Counted from the first letter of the stretch, positions 1-14,427 are shown. The stretch is DNA of 64,000 nt from Octopus sinensis (GCF_006345805.1 NC_043017.1:6758001-6822000), one strand, 5' to 3'. Program-made: numbers and translations. The notes: generated by a model from the sequence alone, not told the origin.

Positions 1-50
<50 letters not shown>

Positions 51-400
51 TAATAATAATAAGATACAAGGGGTATAACTTCGAAATTCGAAAAGAAAGA
101 AAAAAAGAATAATGGAACATGAGTAAATCTGTGCTTTAGCATAAAACAGGGACATGTTTCGGTTTTATTATCCTTCATCAGTGAAACACCCGTATCAATA
201 CCTGTCAGATCCGATAAAATTGATTGGTATATATTGATTTTGTGTGAATGACTACTAATGACGATAATAACTGGACGGAAGGGCATTAACTTTGCATTAG
301 CCTGAATCGGTTTATTTCTCCTGCAGAAGGCGTCCCTGCAAATCGTTCTTTTACTTAGCTAATGCTAAATTAGTAGGATTATATCAATATATATTTATAA

Positions 401-637
401 GGCGGCGAGCTGGCAGAATCGTTAGCACACCGGGCGAAATGCGTAACCGTATTTCGTCTGCCGTTACGTTCTGGGTTCAAATTCCGCCGAGGTCGACTTT
501 GCCTTTCATCCTTTCGGAGTCGATTAAATAAGTACCAGTTACGCACTGGGGTCGATGTAATCGACTTAATCCGTGTGAGTCCGTCCTTGTTTGTCCCCTC
601 TGTATTTAGCCCCTTGTGGGTAGTAAAGAAATAGGTA
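401..637 (+). mobile_element. tRNA-derived SINE family B (ggcggcgagctggcag...). Other copies at about 24685-24893, 25438-25670, 27330-27523, 39428-39657, 41612-41820, 43160-43335, 50540-50745, 55315-55730 (two), 57144-57520 (two), 61889-62094
   Basis: Repeated >10 times; B-box gttcaaattcc; shared gtcgactttgcctttcatcc core. Confidence 0.9.
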
Positions 638-873
638 TATATTTAGAGCAAAATACGAATAAATATGGGAAGAAAGAGAAAGACTAATAGATGAATAGGT
701 GCAGGCATGGCTGTGTGGTTAAGAAGCTTGTTTCCCAACTACGAGGTCTTAGGTTCAGTCCCGCTGCATGGCACCTTGAGCAAGTATATTTTACAATGGC
801 CCCGGACCAATCACTGCCTTGTCAGTGGATTCAGTAGATGGAAAATGGAAGAAGCCTCATCATATTATATGTA

Positions 874-904
<31 letters not shown>

Positions 905-1211
905 GTGTGTGTGCGTATGTATTTCTGCTTATGTTTGTCCCTCACCACTACTTTGACAACTGGTGATGGTTTGTTTACATCTTTGTAGCTTCACGATTCT
1001 AGGGCCGATTCATTCGACTAAACCCTTGAAGGCGGTGTTCCAGAATGGCCGCAATCCAATAACTGATCACATGGCTCGATTTGTTCGACTAAAGACGGTG
1101 CTCCAGCAGGCCGTAGTCAAATGATTGAAACAAATAAAAAAAGAATAAAAAATGAATATATATATACGAGGGGATACTCAAATCAGTAAAAGAATAAAAG
1201 AATATATATAT

Positions 1212-1363
1212 GACTGTGGTAAGTAGCTTCCTAACCAACCACATGGTTCCGGGTTCAGTCCCACTGCGTGGCATCTTGGGCAAGTGTCTTCTGCTATAGC
1301 CCCGGGCCGACCAATGCCTTGTGAGTGGATTTGGTAGACGGAAACTGAAAGAAGCCTGTCGTA

Positions 1364-1416
<53 letters not shown>

Positions 1417-1606
1417 GTTTGTTCTCCTAGCATTGCTTGACAACCGCTGCTGGTGTGTTTACGTCCCCGTCACTTAGCGGTTCGGCAAAAGAGACCGATA
1501 GAATAAGTACTGGGCTTACAAAGAATAAGTCCCAGGGTCGATTTGCTCGACTAAAGGCGGTGCTACAGCATGGCCGCAGTCAAATGACTAAAACAAGTAA
1601 AAGAGT
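1212..1606 (+). mobile_element. tRNA-derived SINE family A with internal (TA)n(TG)n microsatellite. Other copies at about 698-1075, 26320-26690, 30240-30868, 31965-32275, 40120-40360, 49820-50000
   Basis: gctgtgtggtaagtagcttg...ccttgggcaagtgtct...gaaacaagtaaaagag, highly repeated. Confidence 0.9.
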
Positions 1607-1789
1607 ATATAGGCGACGGAGTGGATGTGTGGTAAGTAGCTTGCTTACGAACCACATGGTTCCGGGTTCAGTCCCACTGCGTGGCCCCTTGGGCAAGTGT
1701 CTTCTACTATCGCCTCGGGCCGACCAAAGCCTTGTGAGTGGATTTGGTAGAGGGAAACTGTTTGCTTCCAGTGGCAACAGAAACTGCCT

Positions 1790-2935
1790 CTGAACATTGG
1801 CTACTAAATATCACTGTTATGCAGGGATACTGTTTCCCTTATTATTTTCTCAGGAAGTTCACCTTTTGACAAAATTTTCAAGAGTACCTCATGATTCACT
1901 GTATCGAAGGCCTTGGTCAGGTCAACAAAGACCATGTCCAAGTCAGTATTTTGTTCACGTGCTTTCTCTTGAACATGTCGGAGGGTAAAAATCATGTCAA
2001 CTGTGCCGCCTCTCCCAGCTCGAAATCCACATTGGGATTCAGGATATATGTTGTTTATAATATGTTTATTGTTGCGGTTAAGGATCCATTTCCAAGAATT
2101 CTTCCAGCTATGCACAACAAGCTTATTCCCCTGTGATTATCACATACACGCTTCGTATCTTTGTTTTTGTAAAGTGCATTACAGATGCATCTTTGAATTG
2201 TTGGGGAACAGATCTAGTTTCCCAGATCAAACAGATCAATTCATACAGTTTACTTACAAGTCGTCTGCCACCTTGCTTGTACACCTCTATGGGAGTACCG
2301 TCCTGTCCAGGAGCATTACCATTGCAAAGTTTTTTTAATAGCGGTATTTATCTCTTCCAAGGAAGGGTCTTCCATTAGTTTTTCAATAATAGGCCACTGA
2401 AGAATTTCGTTGATTACTTCACAATCGGTAATGGATTCTTGATTTAATAATCTTTTCAGAATCTTTTATTTGCTATTTAAGGGCTTTGTTCCGTCGTTAG
2501 AGAGAATATGTTCTGTGGCACCATTTAGATTGTCATACAGTGCTCTCAAGTTGTGAGAGTTAGTAGCCCGTTCCAATTCTTGGGCTTTTTTTTATTTGCC
2601 CACCAAGAATCTCTCAGTGCACGCAGATTTTTCTGTGTAGTTTTCTAGTGGGGTCTAGGTATCTGAGTGTTGAGTTTGTCTAAGATTGACACCTTGTATC
2701 TCTTATGTAAAATTTCTGCGAGAGCTTTAATTTGAGAATATTCTCTTCGAACTATTCTCGGTGCCTTGATGGTAATAATATTGCCCTGATACAGTACAAA
2801 GTACTGGCTCTTATGGCTTCTCATCTTAACTGATTGGAAGTATTATCATGTACATTGTTTTGTCTTGGTATAAAAGATGGCCTACAGCAAATACTCTGCT
2901 CAATACCACAGATTTGCTTGTCAGTTGTTTAACCT
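1790..2935 (-). mobile_element. RTE-clade LINE reverse transcriptase fragment
   Basis: PESQCGFRAGRG.TVDMIFTLR.VQEK.REQN..L..VFVDLTKAFDTV, classic RTE RT motifs. Confidence 0.9.
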
Positions 2936-2961
2936 TAACCAGTTGAGCATATCCCTTATTG

Positions 2962-3320
2962 GCTGACGATGTGTGCATCTCTGATCACGAGCAGAAGTAG
3001 TGGGGGAGCATCATAGCCATGTGTTGAGAGGAAACATGGGAGTTTCATTCAACATCCTTAAACAGACCTTATTCAGAGACTAATTGAGTGGGATGGGCTA
3101 CTCGATGTGAAGAAAATTCTAACTGGGCTCCACCTGCAAGGTCATGCGCTCTTTATCTTGATATGAGATCACCATTTCGTACACATATTGTTGTGATGCA
3201 TGTGCCTAGTGTAACCTTATCAGATGGGTAGCCATGATGGGTATATTGGGCTCCGTATATTTGTACCTTAGTGTCACTTTGATGGCATGCACTGCTCTCT
3301 CACTCAATATAAATAATAAC

Positions 3321-3392
<72 letters not shown>
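2962..3392 (+). mobile_element. Dispersed retroelement 3' end with (AAT)n tail; further copies at about 27110-27330, 34320-34665 and 50028-50330
   Basis: Shared block ccccacctgcaaggtcatgcgc...gtacccttatcaga...ctctcactcaataataat in four places. Confidence 0.75.
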
Positions 3393-3395
<3 letters not shown>

Positions 3396-3625
3396 AAGAA
3401 GAAGAAGAAGAAGAAGAATTTTCTCAAACTTTGGCAGACGGCTAGCAATTGAGAAGGTGGGGGTGTATTAGCTGACACCATTAAACGTAGTACTTTGCCG
3501 GTAATTATATTTCTAGGAGGACGAAAGGTAAATTAAACCTCAGCGGAATTTGAACACAGAACATAAGGAGGCGGAAGAAATGCCGCCAAGCATCTTGTCC
3601 AATATGCTAATGATTTTTTCCAGCT

Positions 3626-3658
<33 letters not shown>

Positions 3659-4194
3659 ATGATTTTTGACATTGACAGATAGCTTCATATTTTTGAGGGT
3701 AAAGGGTTAAGAGATGAAATACTCGTTATCTTTAAGGACACCAGTCAGGATTTGAACTCTGAACGGAAAGAGGCGTCACTAAACAACACATATCATTCAG
3801 CCTGGCGCTCTACCGATACTACCAACTCCTCGATTACATTTTTTTTTTTTTTCATAAATGTACAAATATAGTTATTTTGTTTATTAATTAAATTTTAATT
3901 GTGCAGGTCGAAGGTTACGGGTCGGTGGGTGGGTGGATGGTTGGGAGGGAGGGAGGATGGTAGATTTTCTTTTATCTTCTGACAAGAATAGCAAGTGAAC
4001 TTTTATCCCACTGATCACCCACCACCACCACCACCACCACCACCACCACCACCACCATCACCACCGCCACCACTACCAACACATCACACTCCCCTGAACA
4101 CTCCTTTGCTCTCCGTCCTTCGCTTCGCATTTCTTTGTTTCCACTCTTAAGATTGTGAACGCACCCATGCCCATATACATATACACGGACGTGC

Positions 4195-4231
<37 letters not shown>

Positions 4232-4288
4232 CACATATAGATATATATATATATGTACACATACATATTTATATATGTACATATATAC

Positions 4289-4331
<43 letters not shown>

Positions 4332-4343
4332 TATATAGATATA

Positions 4344-4396
<53 letters not shown>

Positions 4397-4446
4397 ATAC
4401 ATATATATTTACACATAACATATTTATATATATATATTTACACATG

Positions 4447-4480
<34 letters not shown>

Positions 4481-4712
4481 ATATGCATATATATATATAA
4501 CGGCAAGGTTTACGAAAATAAACAAAGACGAAGGCAGGTGGAGTACAAACAAACAAATGTATTAGTATGGCGCTCAGGAATAGAAATAGAACAAGTCTTT
4601 TACGTTTCGAACCTACGCTCTTCGACAGAAAGATACACAGAAAAGAAGAAACAAGGAGAGAAACAAGAAAGAAAAAAATGCGTGTAGGAACTAACGGTCT
4701 ATCATGGCGTAC

Positions 4713-4756
<44 letters not shown>

Positions 4757-4759
4757 CAT

Positions 4760-4792
<33 letters not shown>

Positions 4793-4814
4793 TATATATA
4801 TATATATTATATAT

Positions 4815-4887
<73 letters not shown>

Positions 4888-4890
4888 CAC
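4195..4890. repeat. (AT)n, (AGAC)n and (AGAT)n microsatellite cluster; similar clusters at about 13320-13870, 14230-14710, 18240-18610, 20510-21075, 43340-43660, 45110-45330, 59270-59830
   Basis: Directly visible. Confidence 0.95.
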
Positions 4891-4891
4891 A

Positions 4892-5465
4892 CAGTAAGTA
4901 GGCATTAAAAATTGGTAATAAAATCCATATTCCTTTTACAAATTTATTGAAGCAAATGATACATGTTCTTTATTACATGGGAAAATGAAAGTAAATCTTT
5001 ATATTTCAACGTAAGCACTGGTGGCATCAACCATTTTCTTCAAACGGCCATGGATGGAATGAACAACAACCTTCTGAAGGACGTCGTCTGGGATATCATT
5101 GAGAACCTCCTGAATTCATGTCTCCAAGTCCACCAGTGTGCGAGGTTTTTATCTTGTTCACCTCCTCTTATGTGTAACCCCACAGGTAAAAATCACATGG
5201 AGTGAGGTCTGGACTTCTTGGAGTTCTGGGCTTCTGCGGTCACAGTCTTCGGGTTTTAGCTCCTGCACGTAATGGGTTTTCCATGGACGAAAATTAAATT
5301 CTTTACGCAACCCCGTGACGTAATGTGTGTCGTCTCAGACCCCTTTCACGAGCTGTTGACTTGTTGATTTTTGCGGGCTGCAATTAAACCTTTCCTGCAC
5401 TGTTGCCACATTCTCGACCATTCGGGATGTGGTTGGACGCCCACTTTTTCTTGCATCGTTCACAG
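4892..5465 (-). mobile_element. Internally deleted Tc1/mariner-superfamily (maT/rosa-like) DNA transposon remnant
   Basis: Minus-strand fragments KSGRPTT..., HYVQELKPEDCDRR and RSPDLTPCDFYLWGY. Confidence 0.7.
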
Positions 5466-5467
5466 AG

Positions 5468-5887
5468 CCCATGGTCATCAGCTTGGCATGACAACGTTTC
5501 ATTGTCTCTTGAGAGGCGGTTGTATGGAACCTACACTCGCCTCCTTATGAGAGCTCAAAATCTCTCGTGGAAGCGCCATCCAACCAAAATGCAAATATAT
5601 GGGAAACTACCACCTTGTCATCTCTTGTGAAAGGTAGGAGAGTCCAGTTTGCTGGACATTGTTGTAGAGCTGAAAAAGAAGTAATTTCTCTCTATTCTCA
5701 TCTTCTGGAAGCCATCTACTCGCAATACCAGAGGGCGCACACTCTCCTACCCTGATGTAATCTCCAGGGATAACAGGCATCCAGCAACAGGACCTCCGTA
5801 ATGCTATGATGGACCGTGAAGTCTGGTGTAACATAGTAAATTCCATTGTCTCGACCACGGTCGAACAATGATGATGATGATGATGTT
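5468..5887 (+). mobile_element. RTE-like LINE 3' end with (TGA)n tail
   Basis: GTYTRLLMRAQNLSWKRH, RRVQFAGHC.R, AMMDREVW; tgatgatga tail. Confidence 0.85.
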
Positions 5888-6366
5888 GCATGCTTACCTT
5901 TCCATGCATGCCACCATCTCTGAACCAAAACAATGGAATCTCACACTTCATCGCGTGCAGCTATCTTAGGTCACTCTTGAGCAATCAAGGGACTGGCCAT
6001 TTGGAAAATAAGGAGTAAGAAATAAAACAATAAGAAAATACAAAATTCCCATTAGTGTTGTCGTAAATCCTTAAATCCTTAAAAATGTTTTAGCCCGAAG
6101 GCCGCGGCCATGCTGGGGCACCACCGCTGTTTAAAAAATGCTTTCATCATGACTTTAGTGATAGTAAAAATTCTATAAGCAATTGCTAACGCCTAGCTAC
6201 TTTCCTCCCACCCTGCATATGCGGGTATGTTACATACGGGTGTTTATGTGTGTGTATATGTGTATGTCCATGCGTGTGTTTCTGTCTGTGTGCATGCATG
6301 TGTGTGTGTGCTTGTGTGTACGTACATGTGTGTGTATGTGTGTGTGTGTATGTGTGTGTGTGTGTG

Positions 6367-6408
<42 letters not shown>

Positions 6409-6707
6409 CGTCTATTTCCATGAAATTGTTTTACTTCTCATGTGACACCCTTGTTGTTGCTGTCACAAGTCTGATAAGATTAAGATATCATTATCATGTA
6501 ATTTATGTAAATTACATAAATGACTGCCCTCATGTATCACTTCCCCCACGCTTTTTCTCTCCCGCCTTATTCACTTTTCTCTGTAAATACATATACAAAC
6601 CTATATGTGTATGTATGTATGTGTGTGTGTGCGTTTGTGTATTTATATATGTACATGCAGAAACATAAATTTATAAATAGAAAGAAACACACACACACAC
6701 ACACACA

Positions 6708-6767
<60 letters not shown>

Positions 6768-7774
6768 CATGTATGTAGGTCTATATGTGTGATTGCACCA
6801 GACACGCACGCTAATACACATGCATGTGAGTGTGCGTATGTATTGCGTGAATGTATGCTTATCATGTTCCAACAAGCTTGACCAAAAAGGTAATTGCATT
6901 ATCCACCAATGAAGCTACTTTCAACGGGTTACTAAAACCTAATAAAGCGTTCATCAACACCAGTTAGTAACCATCTTAAAACATAGAAACTAAATTTTAT
7001 ATCGTATAATCGACCATGCAACATTGCCATAAATATTAGTGTTATAAATTATGTCTATCTCCTAATAGGGAAAAAAAGTTGTTTAATAGAAACACCATTA
7101 AGGTGTGCTAAAGCTGCTCAAAAATATCTTTCTCATTCTCTCATAAACCACAATGCAAAATTATTCAAATACGTAATTACCAAACTTGCCCTCTGAAGAT
7201 CAAATACTAAGGCAAAGTATCATTGAATTCTATGACGATATCACTTGAACAATAAGTTGAGCTGGGCTTAGAGGGAATTCCTTCAAGTGTTATTGGTACT
7301 GACGTCATCACTTTCTATGGTCATCACTTGGAAGACAGGACATTTTCAAAGCCTATTTGAAAAGTGAAAGATCGAAAAGCAACCACTATCATCACAAAGG
7401 CTGCGTTATATAAGATAGAGAGATTTAAGAACCAATTAAAATCAGGTGACTTCTACTTCACAGAGAGCTTTCATGTTATCCACCATACTACTAAAATCTT
7501 GAATAAAAAAGAATGAGTTAGTTTTATAACAGCTGCTGTGAAATAAATCTAAGGGCCCAGAATGAAATCTTGTGTACAATATTTTCGCGGACGATCTCAT
7601 AGTGAGAAACAACCTGTGCCAGGACAAGATGCGTGCTAACAACATCTGACCACATGATATATATACATACATACATACATACATGCATACATATATACAT
7701 ACATACATACGTACATACATACATACATACATATATACATACATACGTACATACATACGTACATACATACATAG

Positions 7775-7813
<39 letters not shown>

Positions 7814-7816
<3 letters not shown>

Positions 7817-8110
7817 TCGTTTAACGTCCGCTTTCCATGCTAGCATGGGTTGGACGATTTGATTGAGGACTGGCGAACCAGATGGCTGCACCAGGCTCCA
7901 ATCTGATCTTGCGGAGTTTCTACAGCTGGATGCCTTTCCTAATGCCAACCACTCCAAGAGTGTAGTGGGTGCTTTTTACGTGCCACCAGCACAAGGGCCA
8001 GTCAGGCGGTACTGGCAACGGGCACGCTTAAATGGTGTTTTTTACGTGCTACCTGCACAGGAGCCAGTCCAGCGGCACTAACAACGACCTCGCTCGAATG
8101 GTGCTTTTTA
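7814..8110 (-). mobile_element. SINE family C with (GAT)n tail. Other copies at about 16351-16645, 30480-30678, 32270-32570, 37560-37998, 50325-50522, 51618-51900, 54383-54520
   Basis: Shared catcatcgtttaacgtccgctttccatgc...ggatgcccttcctaacgccaacc block. Confidence 0.85.
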
Positions 8111-8489
8111 CGAGCCACAGTAAAGTACAAAGCTTGTCTACCTTCAGATTTCATCCAGTGCTATCCAACAGCAGTATTATATCTACTGCCAGATTTGTGT
8201 TGGGGTTTTTTGTAGTATGTGAATCGATAGTTGAATAAGTGGGAGTCAACAAGATGGGGAACTACAAAAAATGTTCCTTCTTGTTGACTCCAACTTATTC
8301 AATTTTACACTTGGTCGCGTTAGCAAAGAGATGTGGGTTCAAATCACACGCGGATAGGAAAGCTTTCTTTTTTCTGTCTAAGGCTTATATTAGACTCCTT
8401 TGTCATTGCACGGTGATTGCCATAACCTTTAAGCTTATATAAAAATACCATTATTACTTACAGGAATACATACATACACTATACATACA

Positions 8490-8546
<57 letters not shown>

Positions 8547-8742
8547 TAGGTATGTATGTATATGTATGTGTGTATGTATACGTACTCCATACGTATATAA
8601 TGCATGCATTCTGTAAATGTATAAATCTATGTATCATGTATATATCTTTATTCCATAGAATGTGTAACACAGATCCTCTATAGAAGGACAGACAGTTTTT
8701 TTGTGAATTTTTGCTATTTTAATAATGTATATATATATACAT

Positions 8743-8798
<56 letters not shown>

Positions 8799-8802
<4 letters not shown>

Positions 8803-11143
8803 GTGATCAACTAAGTTCTGTCTAATTTACCTTTTTTAAAAATTAAATGAAATTTAATAGTATATTAGAATGTCTAATGGAATTAAAAATAATTCTTATG
8901 CATTTGTGTACTAATTAGATATTATTTTACAGAATAATAGAATTAAAATTTCTTTGATTAAAACCCTTTCTACCATGGAAGTATCCAAAGAGTATTTGAG
9001 GTACATAATGTTTTAGGAGTACAAAAAAAAAAGAAACTCTGCAACCAAAGCGAGTCGAAACATACACTCAGTTTATGGGAAAGAATGCTTGAATGAAAGA
9101 ACTTGCAGAAGATGGTTTGCAAAATTCAGAAGTGGAGATTTCAGCCTTGAAGATGAAGATCGAACAGGACATCAAGTCGAGTTTGATGATTAGCTCCTGG
9201 AGGCATTACTTGAAGAAAAACCTGCATTACCTGTTGAAGAATTGACAATAAAGCTTAGTTCAAACCGTTCATCATCATCTTCAACAATTTGGAAAGTTTC
9301 CTAAACTTGGAAAATGGGTGTCTCATGAATTGTCCGAAAGCAACTGCAATTCTGAGTTAACATTACTCTTCTCTCCATTCTCACGAACTCATTTCACCAT
9401 TTTGGATAGACTTGGTGATGTGGTGGCGAAAATGGTTCTTGTATTGAGATGTTAAATGTCATAAACAGCGGCTGGGTAAAAGGGGAAAAAGTTCAACCAC
9501 AACTGAGAAGGGATCTTCATGGGAAAAAGGTTCTCTCTATCTGGTGGGATTGCAAAGGAGTAATTCACTTTGAATTGTTACCACCTAATGCAACAATCAA
9601 TGCTCAAGTCTACTCTCAGCATTAGAGCGTTTTGAACCAAGCTTTGAAGAAAAAAGACCTGTTTAGTGAATCGAAAAGGAGTGATGTTTCATCAGGACGA
9701 TGCTCGACCCCACACTGCAAAGACACATCACAGAAGATCAAAGAGCTGGTGGGGAAAAAATTCCTCATCCAACTTATTCTTCAGACCTTGCTCCTTCAGA
9801 CTACCATTTTTTCATAGTTTACAGAATCATTTGGCGGGACATAACTTTCGCAAGCCAGGAGGAGGTTTGAAAAATGACATTTNNNNNNNNNNNNNNNNNN
9901 NNNNNNNNNNNNNNNNNNNNNNNNNNNNNNNNNNNNNNNNNNNNNNNNNNNNNNNNNNNNNNNNNNNNNNNNNNNNNNNNNNTGTACATTTAAATATTAG
10001 ATAGATTATTACAGAATATAGAATTAAAATTTCTTTGATTAAAACCTTTCTACCATGGAAGTATCCAAAGAGTATTTGAGGTACATAATGTTTTAGAGTA
10101 CAAAAAAAAAGAACTCTGCAACCAAAGCGAGTCGAAACATACACTCAGTTTATGGGAAAGAATGCTTGAATGAAAGAACTTGCAGAAGATGGTTTGCAAA
10201 ATTCAAAATGGAGATTGCAGCCTTGAAGATGAAGATCGAACAGACATCAAGTCGAGTTTTGATGATTAGCTCCTGGAGGCATTACTTGAAGAAAAACCTG
10301 CATTACCTGTTGAAGAATTGACAATAAAGCTTAGTTCAAACCGTTCATCATTATCTTCAACAATTTGGAAAGATTCCTAAACTTGGAAAATGGGTGTCTC
10401 ATGAATTGTCCGAAAGCAACTGCAATTCTGAGTTGACATTTACTCTTCTCTCCATTCTCACGAACTCATTTCACCCTTTTTGGATAGACTTGTGACTGGT
10501 GGCGAAAAATGGTTCTTGTATTGAGATGTTAAATGTCATAAACAGCGGCTTGGTAAAAGGGAAAAAGTTCAACCACAACTGAGAAGGGATCTTCATGGGA
10601 AAAAGGTTCTCTCTATCTGGTGGGATTGCAAAGGAGTAATTCACTTTGAATTGTTACCACCTAATGCAACAATCAATGCTCAAGTCTACTGTCAGCAATT
10701 AGAGCGTTTGAACCAAGCTTTGAAGAAAAAAGACCTGTTTAGTGAATCGAAAAGGAGTGATGTTTCATCAGGACGATGCTCGACCCCACACTGCAAAGAT
10801 CACATCACAGAAGATCAAAGAGCTTGGTGGGGAAAAAATTCCTCATCCAACTTATTCTTCAGACCTTGCTCCTTCAGACTACCATTTGTTTCATAGTTTA
10901 CAGAATCATTTGGGGGACATAACTTTCGCAAGCCAGGAGGAGGTTGAAACTGACATTTCAGAGTTCTTCACTTTGAAAACAAAAGAGTTTTACATTGATG
11001 GGATTAAAAAGCTTGTAAATAGATGGGAGGAAGCCATAGATAATCAGGGAAAGTACATTGATGATTAAATTTCAATTAAATGTAACATTTGATCACATAT
11101 TTTCTTTATTCAAAATTCGGACAGAACTTATGGGATGACCTGA
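8799..11143 (+). mobile_element. Mariner (D,D34D) transposon, frameshifted, present as two overlapping near-identical copies around the gap
   Basis: TIRs TCAGGTGATCAACTAAGTTCTGTC / GGACAGAACTTATGGGATGACCTGA with TA flanks; motifs VTGGEKW, HQDDARPH, YSSDLAPSDYHLF. Confidence 0.9.
9883..9982. other. Assembly gap (100 N)
   Basis: Run of N. Confidence 1.
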
Positions 11144-11162
11144 TACATATATCTATATAAAT

Positions 11163-11436
11163 AGTGCCAAGGACTCCAAATTTGCCATCAAGATGTAGGA
11201 CAAGATACTGTGATAGCCTGGGCTTCCGAGGCCCACAGCTCTTCAATATCCTCCCGAAGAACCTAGAGACCTGCATGGGGGGTGGATGCAGATGTTCTTT
11301 AAAAATAAAACTGGATCTCTTCTTGTCAGGTGTCCCAGATGAACCAACTTCACGGCAGGAGGTGCAGATGAGGGCAGCTGCACCGAACTCTCTCATGCAC
11401 CAAATGGCAATTGCTAAAAAAGCATTCGTGAAGTAA
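11163..11436 (+). mobile_element. CR1/Jockey-group LINE 3' fragment
   Basis: GPQLFNILP...KLDLFLSGVPDEP...AAAPNSL. Confidence 0.7.
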
Positions 11437-11556
11437 AATCATGTAGCAACACCAAATGGTTGTGCCCCAGCATGGCCACAGCTTGTGAGCTAAAAGTAGA
11501 TAAAAATAAAAAATAAAAAATATTTATCTATTTATCTATCTATCTATCTTCTATAA

Positions 11557-11608
<52 letters not shown>

Positions 11609-11930
11609 TTTTTTTTTCTAGTTTCAGCTCAGAGCTGCGGCCATGCTGATGCACCGCCATTGGTGCTGTATAAATAAATATACATATATATATATATGTA
11701 TATATATATATATTTTTCTACTCTGTAAGGTTGCTGGTGTTGGGAAGGGCATCCAGCAGTAAAAAAAATGCCCCCCAAAAAGACAGTGAAGCCTGATACA
11801 GTAATCTACCTAACCAGCTCCTGTCAAACCGTCCAACACATACCAGCAGGGAAAACAAAAAACGGACGTTGCATTATGATGATGATGATGAAACATATAT
11901 ACATGTGTGTATGTGTGTGTGTCTATATAT

Positions 11931-12318
11931 ACTCTTTTACTTGTTTCAGTCATTTGACTGCGGCCATGCTGGAGCACCGCCTTTAGTCGAGCAAATCGAC
12001 CCGGGACTTATTCTTTGTAAGCCCAGTACTTATTCTATCGGTCCTTTTTGCCGAACCGCTAAGTGACGGGGACGTAAACCACACCAGCATCGGTTGTCAA
12101 GCAATGCTAGCGGGACAAACACAGACACACAAACATATACACACACTTATATATACAACATATATACGACAGGTTTCTTTCAGTTTCCGTCTACCAAATC
12201 CACTCACAAGGCATTGGTCGGCCCGGGGCTATAGCAGAAGACACTTGCCCAAGATGCCACGCAGTGGGACTGAACCCGGAACCATGTGGTTGGTTAGCAA
12301 GCTACTTACCACACAGCC
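11931..12318 (-). mobile_element. SINE family A, full length
   Basis: Reverse complement of the family A pattern. Confidence 0.9.
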
Positions 12319-12339
12319 AATCATATATATATATGTATG

Positions 12340-12370
<31 letters not shown>

Positions 12371-12373
12371 GTA

Positions 12374-12404
<31 letters not shown>

Positions 12405-12843
12405 TACTCATACATTTGCTACTCACAAAACCCGACATGAAGAGGGTTAAAAGTCCAAATTATTTGACCTGTATGTCCTGAGTCTCAAGCCCAACTTGAG
12501 GAGTTTCGTATCAGAGATAATACACAAGTTTGACCTTTGAACTTGCTAAGCATTTCGAAACATTATCAGTAAAACATTTTAAACAGAGTAAAATTCTAAT
12601 CAGTCACATAATTCATTAGCCATATTACGTACTTACTGACAAAGAGTGTGAGAGGAAGATAGGATCTCTCTGTCTATCAAGGCCTTCTTAACTACAGCTT
12701 TGTTTTATTGCTAACAACTTTCTATCATTCAACACAAGCATTACATATATACATATATATATATATATCTATATATATATATATACGTGTGTAGGCTGGT
12801 AGTTAGTGTCTCCTTGTGCATGAGTGAATATATAAACAGATAA

Positions 12844-12888
<45 letters not shown>

Positions 12889-13000
12889 AGAAGCATAAAA
12901 TAACAGAACCGGATCTAGCTTGCTGAAAGAGAGAGAGAGAGTGAAAGACAGGCAGGTGGAAAGTAAGGAAGAAGAAAAAGCAAGAATCAAAAAGGAAACC

Positions 13001-13085
13001 ATGTTGGAGAAAGGTGTAGTTGTGATAGCAGTGGTATGTTTGGCCTTGGTATGCAACTTGGCCCATGGAAAAAATAATAGTGGCA
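13001..13085 (+). CDS. Exon 1 (signal peptide) of CD164/porimin-like sialomucin: MLEKGVVVIAVVCLALVCNLAHGKNNSG
   Basis: ATG in aaccATG context, hydrophobic signal-like peptide, strong donor A|GTAAGT (phase 1) matching the phase-1 acceptors of both downstream mucin exons. Confidence 0.8.
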
Positions 13086-13638
13086 GTAAGTATTACCTCA
13101 CATACACACACATGTTCTTTTACACACACACACACACACACACACACCACACACATACACACAATTTCTCATATATTATTTTGCTGTTTTGCTTCTATTT
13201 ACTGTTTAACAGCTATTATGTATCATACCAGCTGGAAAAGAACGTTTTCCTGGGGCTTAACAACAGTAACATCCGTCCTTTATAGGACCACCACATTCTG
13301 TTGGGAAATAAAATTTGCTATATATAATATATATAGACAGATAGATAGATAGATAGATAGATATAGATATATATACATATACATATACATACTATATACA
13401 TATATATTATATGATATATATATATATATATTATATATATATATATACACAATAACATAATATTATGTATATATAATATGTATATATTATTATGTATATA
13501 TATATATATAACATATATATATACATATCTATATATATATATATAGAAAGATAGATATAGCTATATATAGATATATATACATAATATATACATATATATA
13601 TATAGAAGGTAGAATAAGCTATATATAGATATATATAA

Positions 13639-13681
<43 letters not shown>

Positions 13682-13686
13682 TATAT

Positions 13687-13727
<41 letters not shown>

Positions 13728-14096
13728 CATATATATATAATATACGTTTATATATATATTTAACACTATACTTGTTCCACGTCCTTGCTTTGTTGTGTTT
13801 TCTTTTTGTGTTTTCATGTTTGGATTAACTATATATATATATTATATATTATATATACATACATATAATATATGTATATATATATTAAATCGTTAATCCC
13901 TACACATTTTGTTCTCCCTTTGTTTCTTTTTTGCTCACCCTCCTTTTTCTTTTACCTCTCAATCCATTTTACAAAAGAGTTTTGGTTCTAAACATCAAAT
14001 GTTTTCCATTCTTACTGAGTGTCAAACCGATACACCTGCTCATTGTTTCCTCACCTGTCTTCGTCTTTTGTTTTCTGTAAATTTGAACTATATATA

Positions 14097-14153
<57 letters not shown>

Positions 14154-14237
14154 GTATATCATAATTTTTATGGTGGTTTTTGGAGCAATGACTTGATTTT
14201 AGCAAGTGGTATTATATACCCTACCTAATCTTAAATT

Positions 14238-14427
<190 letters not shown>

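Noticed and set aside
150-192. Hammerhead-like core on the minus strand (CTGATGA-AGG..CC-GAAACATGTC)
   Set aside because: Stem I does not pair adjacent to the core; at best a decayed Penelope-type end
3972-4892. Many 60-200 aa ORFs rich in YI, CV, HT, poly-L or poly-N across the window
   Set aside because: Translations of (AT)n, (GT)n, (ATAC)n and (AAT)n microsatellites; no splice or domain support
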